A program made the translations under genes and the position numbers. The notes beneath the pieces were generated by a model, which had not been told where the DNA came from, did no database searches, and saw only the letters and a program-made list of their open reading frames with translations. From a virus (lineage: Duplodnaviria > Caudoviricetes): DNA of 64,000 nucleotides. Below, piece after piece: positions 18,720-31,100 of the stretch (its first letter is position 1; each line of letters begins with the position of its first letter). The stretch lies in the IMG/VR virus record IMGVR_UViG_3300021958_000044, positions 1 through 64,000 of that record, one strand, 5' to 3'.

Positions 18720-18938
18720 TTACTTTACCCCCGATAAACTTCTTAACATTTGTTTGATTTCGCCCATATCTTGTTTTAGAGAATCTATTTCATTACAAAT
18801 ATTTGCCACTTTGTTCTTCTCGTTCCTTTTAGCTTTATATTGCGCATACGCAGCCGCATCATTATTTATAAGTGCCATGTTGGATGGATCCCTAAGAAAT
18901 CTTTGATCTTCTGTTTCTATTAAAATTTTCTTAGCCAT
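18720..18938 (-). CDS. Small coiled-coil hypothetical protein (72 aa)
   Basis: FLRDPSNMALINND...IDSLKQDMGEIKQML pattern typically found after VrlC-type genes in T4-like phages. Confidence 0.75.
   Translation of the reverse strand: MAKKILIETEDQRFLRDPSNMALINNDAAAYAQYKAKRNEKNKVANICNEIDSLKQDMGEIKQMLRSLSGVK
18863..18870 (-). promoter_or_regulatory. Candidate late promoter TATAAATA inside the 72-aa gene
   Basis: Exact consensus overlapping codons L-I-N, about 145 nt upstream of the 1366-aa fibre gene. Confidence 0.55.
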
Positions 18939-21900
18939 TATAATGATACCGCTATTGCTCTATAATCTTGAACATAAGGATTAAGCGCTGTACTTGTAGC
19001 TGTTAGTACAATTTTAATTGCCAAATACTTATAACCGATATATTTCATATCGTTTTGGTTATAGTAAGTTGCTTCAAATGCAGAAGGAGCTTTAGGATCC
19101 CTAAACACTTGATTCTTATATTCTTCAGTTACTTTTTGAATTGCTGTGCCTTGAGGATCATCAAAGTCTGGTTCATCACCAACAACAATTTCTGTATCGC
19201 TATTGACTGCTGTTACCATTGATGCGAAATAATTGGTATCATTGTTTAGCAAGTTTATTTTAATTAAATCTCCTACTTCAAGATCAGATGTAAATGCAGT
19301 GCCTGTACCAGTCAATGTAGTATTACCATTGACAACAGTTACCGTGCCGTTAATGCTTGTAGCCTCAGGTGCATTTCCAAATTCATATGTATATTCTATT
19401 ACATCGCCCCTGTCTTTAGCAGAGCTAATTTTAGTAGCATTTGCTCCAGTGGATTGTAATAATGACCACCTTGTATCTTTAAATGGTGTTGGATCTTCGC
19501 TGTTCAGTACTTTAGCATAAACTTTAACATCTGTACCAGCTGGCTTATAAGCGTTTACATAAACTTTGATATCTTCTGCATCTAAGCCTTCTGCTAGCTC
19601 AATTGTTCTTGAAACATATTTTGCTGAAGCAGAACCTTGATCTGTTATATACTCATTAGTCAAAACGTTATTAATAATGTTTTCGTATATTAAACATTCT
19701 TGAGATTGGAGGTCTATACTTGCGCCGATAAAGTTATCTTCACTGGTTAGCGTTTGAAGAATATTTAAAGACTTGTTACCACTGTTGTTTACAATCTCAT
19801 TAGATTTACTCATTACCTTAATAGCAGAATCACTATAGAATCTATCATTTGTTATAAGAAGTTCATAACTAGAATCGCCAGTATCATCACTCAGACGACC
19901 TTTAATATGCGCATTGTGCATTGTGCCTTCTGGTACATTTCTATACAATCTTGGCTCAAGATAGCTAATGTTAGTATCTACTACTTGATTGATTACAGCA
20001 TTTGCTACGCTGTCCACGCCAATTATTGTATCGCTGTTTGCAAACAAGAATGTGCTATTGGTTGCATTACTATCATTACATTGAATAGTTTTTGTATTAG
20101 CATCAATTTGTACAAATTCTGCAACTGGCGTAAACATAAAGTTACCAGTTGAGTCTGTAAAGCTCGGTGCGCCTCTTAATGTAATTGTACTAGAGTTTGC
20201 AACAGATGCAACTTCTACAACGTCAAATGTAGAACTGTTGCCTGTTAACACAATTTTACTACCAGCACTCAATCCTGTAACAGCAGAGAAATCTGATCCG
20301 CCACTTGTTGTAGAACGTATTGTACTGTTTCCTTTGTTGATAACAATGTTACCTGCAACATTTGCAGCTAACTTAAACACTTCTTCACCAACAGTAAAGT
20401 TTCCGTTAATGTTTGTTGTGTTTGATTGGAAGAACTCATAGTCTTCATTTTCTGTTAACACTGTAGCTCTCTGAGAAGCAAACACAGCTGCATACAAAGT
20501 AAACTTAAGGTCTTCATCTACATACTCTGTCCATGTTCTGTTGTTTGTAGATAAGAACATAGTACCTTGACCCCAGTCTTGGTTGTTAACAATGTTTGTT
20601 CTAACATCTTTCTGGCCAGCTTTAGCTGTCCAAACTTTATACTCTGGGCTGTTTCCATCTGGTAAAATAACTACAACATACTCTCTTCCAGCTTCGACCA
20701 TAACCGGTGAAGTAAAGGTAAACGTTGTTTTTGTAGCACCATTTGTTGATGCAGTGATCTCATTAGCATTTAAGTGAGTTCTACTAAATGGTAAAACTTT
20801 AGATGCTGGGACGCCGTTTTCAGTTGATCTAATTTCTACTGTACATCCTCTTCTTGCATCTTTGCCAGCAAAATAAATATCAACCGCAGTAATATAACCG
20901 TCCTTATATCCATTGAACTGTTGTGAATCAATTAAGAACGATTGTGCTAATGGATCGTCTTCATCTCTAAATCTACGCTCTCTTTGACCGTCTGTCCATG
21001 TGTCAGGCGGCTGAGGCGGTGGAGCTATTGGAGGAACAGTTGGAATCGGTATTGTTATAGGCGGACCTGGAACCAATACTGTTACAGGTGGTCCTGGAAT
21101 TGTAGGTCCAGGAACTGGAACAGGAACAGGTACTGGGTTAGGAACCGGTATAGGGTTTGGCACCGGCGTAGGTCTTTCAGGGCCAGGTACTGGAACAGGA
21201 ACAGGTACTGGGTTAGGAACCTCAATATGATTTTCAATTACAGTCACCTCAGCTGGAGGTAACGGTGTAATTACTTGCTCAACATTTCTTGTTCGTTGAG
21301 TTATTGTTGTTTGTCTTTGTGATGCTCTTGGTAATGCTGATCTAGTAGAAGTTATAACATCGCCTTTGTTTACAGTAAAGTTATAGCAATTGAATTTTGC
21401 TGTGGCTTCTGAAACTGAATCACCTAGTAGCCCAATATCAGACGCATCGCTGACTACAAACTCTCTTTCTCCTGCAAAGAAAGTATTAGAAGGAATTCTA
21501 TAAATTCCTGAAATACCACCTGAGCTATTTGCTGTAAGAGAATCGCCAAATGCCCCTCTACTTCTAATCATTCTTCTTGCTCTTGAAGAAGACAGTCTTC
21601 TCTCTGTAGCTACAGCATCAAAAGGATTAGACACGGATGCGGGTCTACAGTTACTTGTTTGATCTTTACCGTCAAAATAAACGTAGTGTCTCATTCCTGG
21701 TCTCAAACCAGTAGCTACGAATCTAATTTCTGTTCCAGGAATATAAGGCTGGAATGAAATGTCTGTAACAAAATCACCGACTTTTCTAGTAGTTGTTCTT
21801 GCTCTAGCACTTAATGTCGTGGTCGTTTGTCTTATTCTTTGACTTCGTACTATTTCTACTTGGTTTGTAACTTGTGTATCTGTAGGAGTCGATGACACAA

Positions 21901-24900
21901 CTCTTGTATTTGTATTGTCCTGTATTACTTCACTGCTTGTAAATTGTTGAGGAGCAATTTTGTTCAATTCGTCAATCAACGCTAAAGTAGAGCTAGCATT
22001 ATCAATGTTAATCTGTACAGCAGATTCAGGTGATTTCTTATTGTCCACGCCTGCAAGGTAATCTGGGAACAATCGTACTGTACCATTATAAGCCCATAGT
22101 GCAGAAGTAACTCTTCTTTGTCTTGTAGCTCTTTGCTGTATAATGATGCTTCTATTGAAATACCTAGGAAGAATTAAGTCGTTACTTCTTGAAATATTAG
22201 TGCCGCTCTTAAATCTCATTTTAATGCTGTAGTTTTCAAACTTAGAAACCAATAGGTCTCTTGCAGCATCAAATCCCGCTTTAAATTCTGTGTCTAGTGG
22301 ATTACCTGTAGTAAACGATGCAAAGTTGTCTACAATAAATCCATTCTTAAATCTGTTAGTTGTAGGATCGGTTCTTCCAGGAATTACAGCATCAGTAGTA
22401 AACTTCTCTAAGAAATTTAATGATGAGTAATATTCTAGATTAGTAACCCTATCATCAATTGACCTAATGTCTTCCATGGTGTATCTCTTAAGCTGAGTAG
22501 CTTTGATTATTACGCCATAATCTGGTCTTCTATCTGCTCTTGCAGTAGGCTGTGCTAATGAAGGATATACAGGAACATCTAAAGATGCTAGCTGCATTGC
22601 ATTTTCTGGTAGAGGAGGAAGTTTAGGATTAACGCTAGGAACACCCTCTACAACAAATAAACCGCTTGACTCGACAATGATTCTATCTTTTCTTGGCAGA
22701 TAGTATTCAAAGCTACCAGACCAAGATGTGTCTGGAGCTCCAATTTTTGATACGTCATCTAATGTAGATGTGGCAGAAGGGTTAATGGTAAACGATCCGT
22801 CTAACGTACCTTCTATTACTGCAGTGTTAGAAAGCTGAGGTCTAAAATCTAAATGATTTCTAAGATCAACTTCTCTACCTGTTTTTGGTGATACAAACAT
22901 TGGTATCTGTTGTGTAGTGACCGCTGAAGTATTTGCTGTATTTTCATCATCGATAGGATATGAATTAAAATTAAAGAATCCTGTTCCAGATCCTTTCTTG
23001 AAGTGTCTGAAAGTTACGGCTAATTGATCTCCGCTAGACAATGAAATTGTTGAACCAGGCTTTGTTCTTAGCTTAGAAAGACCATAAATTGAATCAGTCT
23101 GCCCATTGTTAATTTCAAATTGATCAGTTACGTCAGTTGTAAATGAATCGTAACCACCGCCGGTGCCTTGATAAACAGACACTAAAGCATGTCCGTCTAC
23201 TACACCAAGACTCCAAGGTCCTGATGTTCCACCAGTATTATTAGATGTATCAATACCCACTTCAGTTGTAACATAGCTCTTAAGCACAGCATTTGCAGCA
23301 GTATCTTTTACATTGACTAAAACATCAACAGGAGTTGTTCCATTAATACCGATATTTGTTGAGATAGTCATTGTAGTGCTAGAGCTCGACACGACTACGT
23401 TTGCATCAGATCTATCGTTCAGAGATAATGGATAATTCTTTTGATAGGTCTGCATCATATTCATTGCAGACATACTACCTGGAGCAGAATCTACAACTAC
23501 AGCGTCACTATTAGCTACTTTTCTAATTTGGAACGGCCCGTTTGTTACAGTTGTGTTTGCTAGGTAATATAAGTCCCCTACGTATACTGAAGATGTGTCT
23601 CCAATACCAGTAACCACTGTAGTCGTAGCGTTGCTTGTAGCCGCAGTAGATGTTACATTAGTGGTTGCATTTGCATTCTGCTGTGGTAAGATAATAATTT
23701 CTTTTTCTTGTGTGTTCGTTAATGTGCCATCACCATAGTTAAATTGCTCATTACCTGTTACGGTTAATGTTATCTCACCAGCAGTACTAATTGTATTAGA
23801 CACTTTGCTCTTATAAACATAAGATGCGTTATTACCAACAGACTTAATACCTGATTGACCTAAGTTAAATAATTGTCCTTCTGCAAACGAATCTTTTAGT
23901 TTTGCAGTTGCTGCTTCAATGTCAGCTACACCAATTTTAGTAATATTAGTCTCAGCACCTGCTGCACTATAATCTGAACCAGAATAGTGAACAATAGAAT
24001 TTACGTGCTTAGAAAAGGATTTACCTTTTTTCATCTCTATATCATAAAGGTATAGGTTGTATATGCTATCAAAATTGTTATTGTTATTATCTTGACACTC
24101 AATGTTTCTGACTCTTGCAGTACCAACGACACTTCCTGTTGTTCCATCATAGGCTACAGAAGTGTTTGATACAGCTGGATCTGAAGCATTTGCTGAGTTA
24201 TGAGCATTAAAAGTTGCATCAGTCAGCAAGACCATGTCATTAGTTTCATGGCCAAACTGTCCTATAACATTGTCTACTTCAACATAATTTCCGTACGTAA
24301 GCGCTACTTCTTGTGAAGTAACGTTTGCACTCACTGTTGCTTTTTTAATTGGTAGTCTTGTTGTATTGTTTGTCTCTACTCTATAACCTTTAACATATGC
24401 TACACCAGCGCCAATCTGCGCATTGATATGTGTAGTGTTTCCTGAAATTTCTTCTGTACCAATAGCAAATGGATCAACTACATAATCGCCAGATTCTTCA
24501 TATGTTCGTCTTGCTATTTGATCGCCTAATCTATTAAGAACTGCTTTTTGGTTTAATTGAATTGGTCTTCCACCTTGGAAAGATACAATAGATAAGAAAT
24601 TATTTGAAGACTGAGCATCAGATGTCGTGTTTACGACTAACGTAGGCGTAAGTCTTAATCTGTCAGCGCCCGGCGCATTTTCGTTATTGAAGCCAGATGC
24701 ATTGTCTAATAACGAGGTGTCAACAGAGCTATTTATAATAGCCTCTGCAGTTTCAATGCCTACAGATACTTCGTCGGGAGAACTTGTATATTTTGTTACA
24801 ATAATATTTTGTTCTTCAAATCTTTGGAAATGTCCTTTCTGGAAAATAATACCATCATTTACTGTCATCAAGAATGAGTTACCAACAGTATTAAACTGTG

Positions 24901-25669
24901 TGTTTCCAGAATCACTTTCAAACTGAGAGTTTGCAATAGTCAGCGTTGATGTTTTGTTTAAGTTGACAGTTAACTGAACGTTTGCTGTGGATCCATTAGC
25001 ATGTGTAATGCTTGCTACAGGATAATCGTCTACTGTATATCCTGATCCATTAGATGTGACAGTAATTGCAAATAGTGTGGTACCGCCATCAGTTGTGACC
25101 ACGGATCCATCAAACCCAGAACCGTTGTCTTCTGTGCTTACTGTAATAGTATCGCTGTTACTAAAATCGCCGTTAGCTGATGAAAATACAATGTTGGCAA
25201 TACCGGTGCTTGCTGGGAAAACATCAATCTGTTCACCAGCTGAATATGTTGTTGAATCGTCTGTTCCAATATTAAGATAATGGAAGAACAGTGAGTTTAA
25301 TCCAGGATTCTGTGTCTCTAGTCCAGAAGCTGTCGATACTATTCTTGCTACTAGATTAGCACTGTTTCTGATGTAATCACCTTCACCATACAGCCCAACG
25401 TTTACATCTAAACCTGAAGTGTCTTTATCGTTTACTTTTACGTATTTAACTTTTGCATCATAATAGAAGTTACAACCTTTGATGATTGAACCTTCTTTAA
25501 ATTGATACTGTCCAAATCTTTCAATTTGAGCTTGAAGTATTGTTTGAAGCTGAGTTAGTTCCCTAGCTTGCAGAGGAACGGCAGGTTTAAATAATACCCT
25601 GTTAAAGTTCTTTGTTTCATCATAGTCGTCAAAATATGGGTTGACGTTAAGATCTGTTTCTAATGCCAT
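18938..25669 (-). CDS. DUF4815/VrlC-like large virion structural protein (2243 aa)
   Basis: N-terminus LNVNPYFDDY...RVLFKP...LQARELTQLQTILQAQIERFG; later DPLAQSF motif; ends YRAIAVSL. Confidence 0.9.
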   Translation of the reverse strand: MALETDLNVNPYFDDYDETKNFNRVLFKPAVPLQARELTQLQTILQAQIERFGQYQFKEGSIIKGCNFYYDAKVKYVKVNDKDTSGLDVNVGLYGEGDYIRNSANLVARIVSTASGLETQNPGLNSLFFHYLNIGTDDSTTYSAGEQIDVFPASTGIANIVFSSANGDFSNSDTITVSTEDNGSGFDGSVVTTDGGTTLFAITVTSNGSGYTVDDYPVASITHANGSTANVQLTVNLNKTSTLTIANSQFESDSGNTQFNTVGNSFLMTVNDGIIFQKGHFQRFEEQNIIVTKYTSSPDEVSVGIETAEAIINSSVDTSLLDNASGFNNENAPGADRLRLTPTLVVNTTSDAQSSNNFLSIVSFQGGRPIQLNQKAVLNRLGDQIARRTYEESGDYVVDPFAIGTEEISGNTTHINAQIGAGVAYVKGYRVETNNTTRLPIKKATVSANVTSQEVALTYGNYVEVDNVIGQFGHETNDMVLLTDATFNAHNSANASDPAVSNTSVAYDGTTGSVVGTARVRNIECQDNNNNNFDSIYNLYLYDIEMKKGKSFSKHVNSIVHYSGSDYSAAGAETNITKIGVADIEAATAKLKDSFAEGQLFNLGQSGIKSVGNNASYVYKSKVSNTISTAGEITLTVTGNEQFNYGDGTLTNTQEKEIIILPQQNANATTNVTSTAATSNATTTVVTGIGDTSSVYVGDLYYLANTTVTNGPFQIRKVANSDAVVVDSAPGSMSAMNMMQTYQKNYPLSLNDRSDANVVVSSSSTTMTISTNIGINGTTPVDVLVNVKDTAANAVLKSYVTTEVGIDTSNNTGGTSGPWSLGVVDGHALVSVYQGTGGGYDSFTTDVTDQFEINNGQTDSIYGLSKLRTKPGSTISLSSGDQLAVTFRHFKKGSGTGFFNFNSYPIDDENTANTSAVTTQQIPMFVSPKTGREVDLRNHLDFRPQLSNTAVIEGTLDGSFTINPSATSTLDDVSKIGAPDTSWSGSFEYYLPRKDRIIVESSGLFVVEGVPSVNPKLPPLPENAMQLASLDVPVYPSLAQPTARADRRPDYGVIIKATQLKRYTMEDIRSIDDRVTNLEYYSSLNFLEKFTTDAVIPGRTDPTTNRFKNGFIVDNFASFTTGNPLDTEFKAGFDAARDLLVSKFENYSIKMRFKSGTNISRSNDLILPRYFNRSIIIQQRATRQRRVTSALWAYNGTVRLFPDYLAGVDNKKSPESAVQINIDNASSTLALIDELNKIAPQQFTSSEVIQDNTNTRVVSSTPTDTQVTNQVEIVRSQRIRQTTTTLSARARTTTRKVGDFVTDISFQPYIPGTEIRFVATGLRPGMRHYVYFDGKDQTSNCRPASVSNPFDAVATERRLSSSRARRMIRSRGAFGDSLTANSSGGISGIYRIPSNTFFAGEREFVVSDASDIGLLGDSVSEATAKFNCYNFTVNKGDVITSTRSALPRASQRQTTITQRTRNVEQVITPLPPAEVTVIENHIEVPNPVPVPVPVPGPERPTPVPNPIPVPNPVPVPVPVPGPTIPGPPVTVLVPGPPITIPIPTVPPIAPPPQPPDTWTDGQRERRFRDEDDPLAQSFLIDSQQFNGYKDGYITAVDIYFAGKDARRGCTVEIRSTENGVPASKVLPFSRTHLNANEITASTNGATKTTFTFTSPVMVEAGREYVVVILPDGNSPEYKVWTAKAGQKDVRTNIVNNQDWGQGTMFLSTNNRTWTEYVDEDLKFTLYAAVFASQRATVLTENEDYEFFQSNTTNINGNFTVGEEVFKLAANVAGNIVINKGNSTIRSTTSGGSDFSAVTGLSAGSKIVLTGNSSTFDVVEVASVANSSTITLRGAPSFTDSTGNFMFTPVAEFVQIDANTKTIQCNDSNATNSTFLFANSDTIIGVDSVANAVINQVVDTNISYLEPRLYRNVPEGTMHNAHIKGRLSDDTGDSSYELLITNDRFYSDSAIKVMSKSNEIVNNSGNKSLNILQTLTSEDNFIGASIDLQSQECLIYENIINNVLTNEYITDQGSASAKYVSRTIELAEGLDAEDIKVYVNAYKPAGTDVKVYAKVLNSEDPTPFKDTRWSLLQSTGANATKISSAKDRGDVIEYTYEFGNAPEATSINGTVTVVNGNTTLTGTGTAFTSDLEVGDLIKINLLNNDTNYFASMVTAVNSDTEIVVGDEPDFDDPQGTAIQKVTEEYKNQVFRDPKAPSAFEATYYNQNDMKYIGYKYLAIKIVLTATSTALNPYVQDYRAIAVSL

Positions 25670-25677
25670 TTCTTCCT

Positions 25678-28107
25678 CTAAAATTTAATCATTAATTTAA
25701 CACGTTCTGTTTGGTCATCACTTCTTGTAATTGGCGTAATGTTCTCTACATAAAGAATTTCGCCTGTGTGATGTTGGATGTCTGGTCCTGCCTCATCCGT
25801 AAAGTAACCAACAGCTTCAGAATCTTGACCTCTTACGTATTTTGGATCTGTTCCTTCAGATTCTGCTAAATTGCCTTTCTTATTAGTAATAGCTAATATT
25901 GTTGCACCACTAGACGTATTTATACTATGTATAACCCCTTCCGCATCAGTTTCGTCCTGAACAATTCGTTCATCAATTTGAAACTCTAATGACGATGAAT
26001 TTTCAAAACCAGTTAACCTTACTCGTTGGTCAAACTGATCAAAATTAGATCCGGCTCTTTCATTTGTTTTGAAAGATACTAGGTTAGCAGTAGTGCCCGA
26101 TGTTAGTCCTGTAATTCTTAATTCTGTGTTGCTGCCTGACGATACAAACTGTCCATAAACGTTAGACAAGTTAATAGATCCTGCTGCTCTTGTAGACACT
26201 ATTCCATAAGCGCCACCGGGATCTGCTTTATTATCTAATATGTCAACTTGGCCAGTTGCAGAAGACTCTGTTCCAACTAAAACAGAAGCAAAATCTCCAT
26301 TTGAGTATTTGTCATAAGCGTCAATTGCTGCAACATTTGCGTTGTGTAGTGTTAGCACGCTTCCATCGACGTTAACAATAACACCAGTTGTTATTACGTT
26401 AGATGTTCCTGCTGGATCGCTGTTTGCGTGGAATAACGATCCTGTTGAATTTGCGCCATAGAGAGTAAATTCTTCTATTTGGAATGTTCCGTTAGTATTT
26501 GCTATAGTAACATTAGCTTTTGATATTGTTTCAGCTGAACTTCCTTGTACTACTGTTTCGCCGTCTGTAAACGATGTTCCTGTACCAGAGGCATTTGCAG
26601 ATGTTAGAGTGTCACTAATTGTTAACACTACATTTGCAAATAAAGGATCTTTTAATATGCTGACCTGTCTAAAATCATTGACAGCAGGAATCTGTCCGCC
26701 TTGGCTATTAGCAAAGTCTACAGAAATGCCTACTGTGTCTGCTTTTAATTCTGAAACTGGATCAGATCCATGTCCTCCTCTTGGAGATATAATTGGAACA
26801 ACGTTTGCATTGTTTGCTTGCAATGTAATGCCATTTGAACTGATACCTGTGTTACCTAATACTAGAGCAGTTGCATATGAATAGCCATAACCTCTATCGG
26901 TCATTTCAATTGTGTCGATAGCAAAGGTAGAAGTATTAACGATTGCTCTACCAGATGCTCCTTGGCCGTCTCCAGCAATAACAACTCTTGGTGTAATTTC
27001 AAATAAAGAAGTCGTGCCAATAGTTGTTGCAAAAGCACTAGGAATTACAATTCTTCTTGCTGAACCAGTTACAACATATTCACTAATAGTCTTTGCTTGT
27101 CCAGCACCTGCTCCAGCTGTAATATAAAACGTACTTCCTTTATAAAAATCTGTATTAGCAGAAAGCGTACTCGTTGTTTTTGTTATTGAGCTTATTGTTG
27201 CAAATGCGTTTGATGTAGCGCCTTTAGCATATACGTTGCTTGTTTCGCCAAAGAAATTGCCTTTGATATCAGTGACTCTAAGGAAAGTACTGTTAGCTTC
27301 AATAGCAACAGCGTTAGCTACGTTGTTCGTTGTGTCTGGATCTCCATTAGCATGTTTACCAACAAGATCAATTTTTTCAATTTGGAACGTTCCGTTAGAT
27401 GTAGTAATATTAAGGTTGGCACCAGCAAGAGATTCTAACTCTATTATTTGATCGTTAGCTGCAACAGCTGCCACTTTAACTACGCCGTTAGCAACAGAGA
27501 AGTATCTGCTTCCACCTGCTTTAACGTCTACAACATCAATAGATCCAGCAATTGCATTTGCTTCGACATTAGCATCTGCCACTACAGGAACTTTGTCTGA
27601 TGTTGAGAATTTGTTGTAAATTGATTCTGGTATGGTGAACATATACTTCCACTGATAGCTGTCACCAGTCGTAACATATATGTCATCATCAGCAGATGTT
27701 TCTATTTTTACAGGTTTGTCTGTAGAAGGAGCTCCTTTATTATTAAATAAGCATTTGAATACGCTGTAGTCGCCACCTTCTTCTTGAACTACAACAAAAA
27801 ACTTTTCGCCTGATAAATCTACAGTGTGATCGTATTGCGTATAAACTGTTCCCGATGTCCATGGATAGTTGTCAATCATGTGTCTTATATCAGAAGTTTT
27901 AACTTGCTTACCATATATCATATCACGATACAACTGATAGAACGATGATTCTAGTGATTGAGATGGAGCAGGGGGCGTAGCATCATCAGGAAATGCTGTG
28001 TGTTTACCAATCGTTACATAATAGATAGAATTAGCTGTCTCGCTGAGGGACTCAACAAACTGCTTTGCGTTATGCGTTTTAAAATCTGATGTTACTATTT
28101 TACTCAT
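25678..28107 (-). CDS. gp8: Baseplate wedge subunit gp8-like (809 aa)
   Basis: YPWTSGTVYTQYD, VFKCLFN, DSYQWKYMFTIP, PRGGHGSDP, C-terminal GEILYVENITPITRSDDQTERVKL; follows gp7. Confidence 0.88.
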   Translation of the reverse strand: MSKIVTSDFKTHNAKQFVESLSETANSIYYVTIGKHTAFPDDATPPAPSQSLESSFYQLYRDMIYGKQVKTSDIRHMIDNYPWTSGTVYTQYDHTVDLSGEKFFVVVQEEGGDYSVFKCLFNNKGAPSTDKPVKIETSADDDIYVTTGDSYQWKYMFTIPESIYNKFSTSDKVPVVADANVEANAIAGSIDVVDVKAGGSRYFSVANGVVKVAAVAANDQIIELESLAGANLNITTSNGTFQIEKIDLVGKHANGDPDTTNNVANAVAIEANSTFLRVTDIKGNFFGETSNVYAKGATSNAFATISSITKTTSTLSANTDFYKGSTFYITAGAGAGQAKTISEYVVTGSARRIVIPSAFATTIGTTSLFEITPRVVIAGDGQGASGRAIVNTSTFAIDTIEMTDRGYGYSYATALVLGNTGISSNGITLQANNANVVPIISPRGGHGSDPVSELKADTVGISVDFANSQGGQIPAVNDFRQVSILKDPLFANVVLTISDTLTSANASGTGTSFTDGETVVQGSSAETISKANVTIANTNGTFQIEEFTLYGANSTGSLFHANSDPAGTSNVITTGVIVNVDGSVLTLHNANVAAIDAYDKYSNGDFASVLVGTESSATGQVDILDNKADPGGAYGIVSTRAAGSINLSNVYGQFVSSGSNTELRITGLTSGTTANLVSFKTNERAGSNFDQFDQRVRLTGFENSSSLEFQIDERIVQDETDAEGVIHSINTSSGATILAITNKKGNLAESEGTDPKYVRGQDSEAVGYFTDEAGPDIQHHTGEILYVENITPITRSDDQTERVKLMIKF

Positions 28108-28110
28108 TTA

Positions 28111-31100
28111 TTAAATTGCCTCTATAGAGCTGTTTGCTATCGTAACCTCATTGTTAACAGTGCTCTGCTTAATAACTCTTCCAAATAATCTTGTGCCTGC
28201 TACGTGAGCTGACTTCAGTACTATATCTCTATATTTATCCAACGATAAACCAGACTCAATCAAATAAGAATAAGACTGATAGAAATTATTGTCGTGAATG
28301 TATTTATTATTCAAGAATGATGTCTTGTCTGCCCAAAATCCTTGTCCTAGGCCTGTAGTAGTTACATTAGCGGTTCCGCTAACTACAATGTTTTGTGCAG
28401 TGTTTGTTGATACTAGAGTTACTGTTGAGTCATGTTGATATCCATATCCGCTATCAATAACTTCAACGGACGTAACAATACCATTTGCTGCCTGAGCAGT
28501 GGCATTGATATCAGCATTGTCACCAATAGGCCTTGTATCTTCATCTGCTTGGATACCAATAACGGTTCCGGTAGCACCAGACAATGATCCAGTAACTGGT
28601 CCTGAGTCATTGAATCCAACAGCAAACGAAAGACGCCTTAATCTAACTTGTTGTGGATCGTCGCCTTGAGCATACACTTGTCCTTTAGACACGGCACTTT
28701 GTACAACTTGGCCCACTGCTGTAATTTCAGCGCTGACACTTGCAACGTTTATTTCTGTGTTAGGTGATACTGAGAATACTAGATTGCTAGCTGATGACAC
28801 AAATGGAATTAAGTTTGCTGCATTATATTCAAACACGCTTGCTGCTGCATTGAATATTTTAATTCTAGGATTAACAATACTTATAGTATTGGTGTCTGAT
28901 TGGAATATATCACCGATAGCATTAGCTGTTGAGTTAATTACCTGTTGTACAGATGACCCTATTGTAAAATCCTCTATAGTTGCTGCATACGGATCGCCGT
29001 TTGAATATGATCCAGTGATAGTAGAAATAGTTAAAGTCTGTCCTGGATTAGTAACCGTTTGATTGACGTTTTCGCCAACTATAAATGTTCCATTCTTATC
29101 TTCTAAATATAAAATAACATCTCTTTTATCAAATTTAGCAATACCACCAGAGTAAACAGAAAGGAATGGATCAAAGTTGTAATTGTTTCCAGGGTTGATT
29201 TCTGTTAGTGAAGATATTGTTCCAATGTTACCACTATATCTTGTTAGTACTGTATCAAGAATAGATGTGTAATCACCATCGCTATCTTTAGGGAATCCAT
29301 AACCGAAGTCAAAATTAGTATCAAATGTTAGTCCTGTTCCTACAGAAAGGTTGTCTGAGTTTGCAGGACTTGATGTAAAAAATCCATCTCCAGGATTAGT
29401 TACTGTAATAGAAGTCACGGTATTTGTATGCGTTGCGTTTGTTGTGACTGTAGTAATAGTTGCTACCGCATTTATGTTAGGTGGACCACCGCCAGGACCT
29501 CCCCTGTCAAACACAATTGTTTGACCTGGCTCATAATTGTTTCCGCCATCAGTAATGTCAATGCTATCAAGGAACCCAATTCCTGAGTTTCCTCCATCAA
29601 TAACACAATCCAGATAGGCAACGTTTGCTGAGTTGTTATCTCCAATGAAATCTGTGTAGATTGTAATAGCATCTTCGTTTTCTAAAGACCCTATTTTAAA
29701 TGTTGCTCCAGAACCTGTACCTACAGTTACAATATTTGCAAAAGTATTTGAATCTCTGCCAACAATATATGCAGACGTATTTGCTACAAAAGTAGCAACT
29801 GAATTATTAGCAGGGTATCTCGTGTTTCTAAAACCAACGTTAGTAGCATTGGATCCAATTACTTCAGCTGTTACAGTAGCATTTGCATACGTATCTACTA
29901 CAGCCTGTGTTCCATTAGTATCATTAAAGAATACGTCCGATACGCCAGTAACTGCAACGCCTCCAGCATCAATAGTTGCAATGGCATTTGTTCGCTGACC
30001 TTTAACTTTTTTGTTTTGTGTAAACTCGCCAACAATATCAGCTACATTTAATACGGTACTATTTGCTGAAGAGACTTCTGCATTAGCTCCTTGAGTAGTT
30101 ACATTGATGCCTGTTACATTAGCTGTTGTAGAGTTAGCCGATACTATGTAAACGTTATCGTTAGCTACCCAAGTACCAAATGAACCATTAACTGTAATGT
30201 GAGTAGCGTTAACAGACTCAACAACACCATTAGCATTAGACTCGTCGCCTTGAATAATGTCTCCAGCAGTAAACGCATCTGTGTTAGAAGCATATTCTAA
30301 TTCTACTTGATCTTCTTCATCAATTCTTTCTCTTACTTGAAAAGTATGAGTGCTATCGGCAAGGGTTATTGTTAGTTCATTTTGATTACCAAATGATCCA
30401 GTTATAGGAGCAATTAATACTGCACTCTCTCCTGTATTAGTTACGTTTAAGTTGACCACGTATCCATTAGCAATAACAGTATTGCCAGAGTCTCTCCCTG
30501 TAATCCATGGAGAGGTTGTTTCATTTTCTGTATTAGCAATAAAGTTCTGAATGTTTGAGTTGAAAGCCACGCCACTTAAAATAGAAATTTCTTCGAGTGT
30601 TTGATCTACTGTTTCAAATCTTATAAATTGGGCATTGTCTATTCTTTTACCAACATAATCATATGCTGATTCTACTGTATTGCTGTATGTCTGAGCTTCA
30701 TTGACAACGTTAGCTACAACAACATTCTGATCATTAACATTGATAGCAGTAAATTCTGTATTAGTACTAAAACCAAACCCACCGTTAGCCAAATCAAAGC
30801 TAACGAGGCCTGTTGCATCAGCAATAGACGTTACCCTAGCAAGACCTTGTTTTCCTTGAGGCCCTGTGACATTAAAGATGTCTCCAATTGCATTATTACT
30901 ACCACCCAATGTAATATTAATATCTGAGAGGGATCCTGTAACAATTGGCATGTTGTCTTGAATGCCATCAGATGATTTTGAGAGTAATTCTCCTCTTAAA
31001 AAGTTGCCTCTTAGGTTAGATAATCTTAATACGTTTGTTCGTACGTTATTTAATAACTTTGTTGATATACTTTCAACAAATGCTTTAGCGCCACTAGTAG

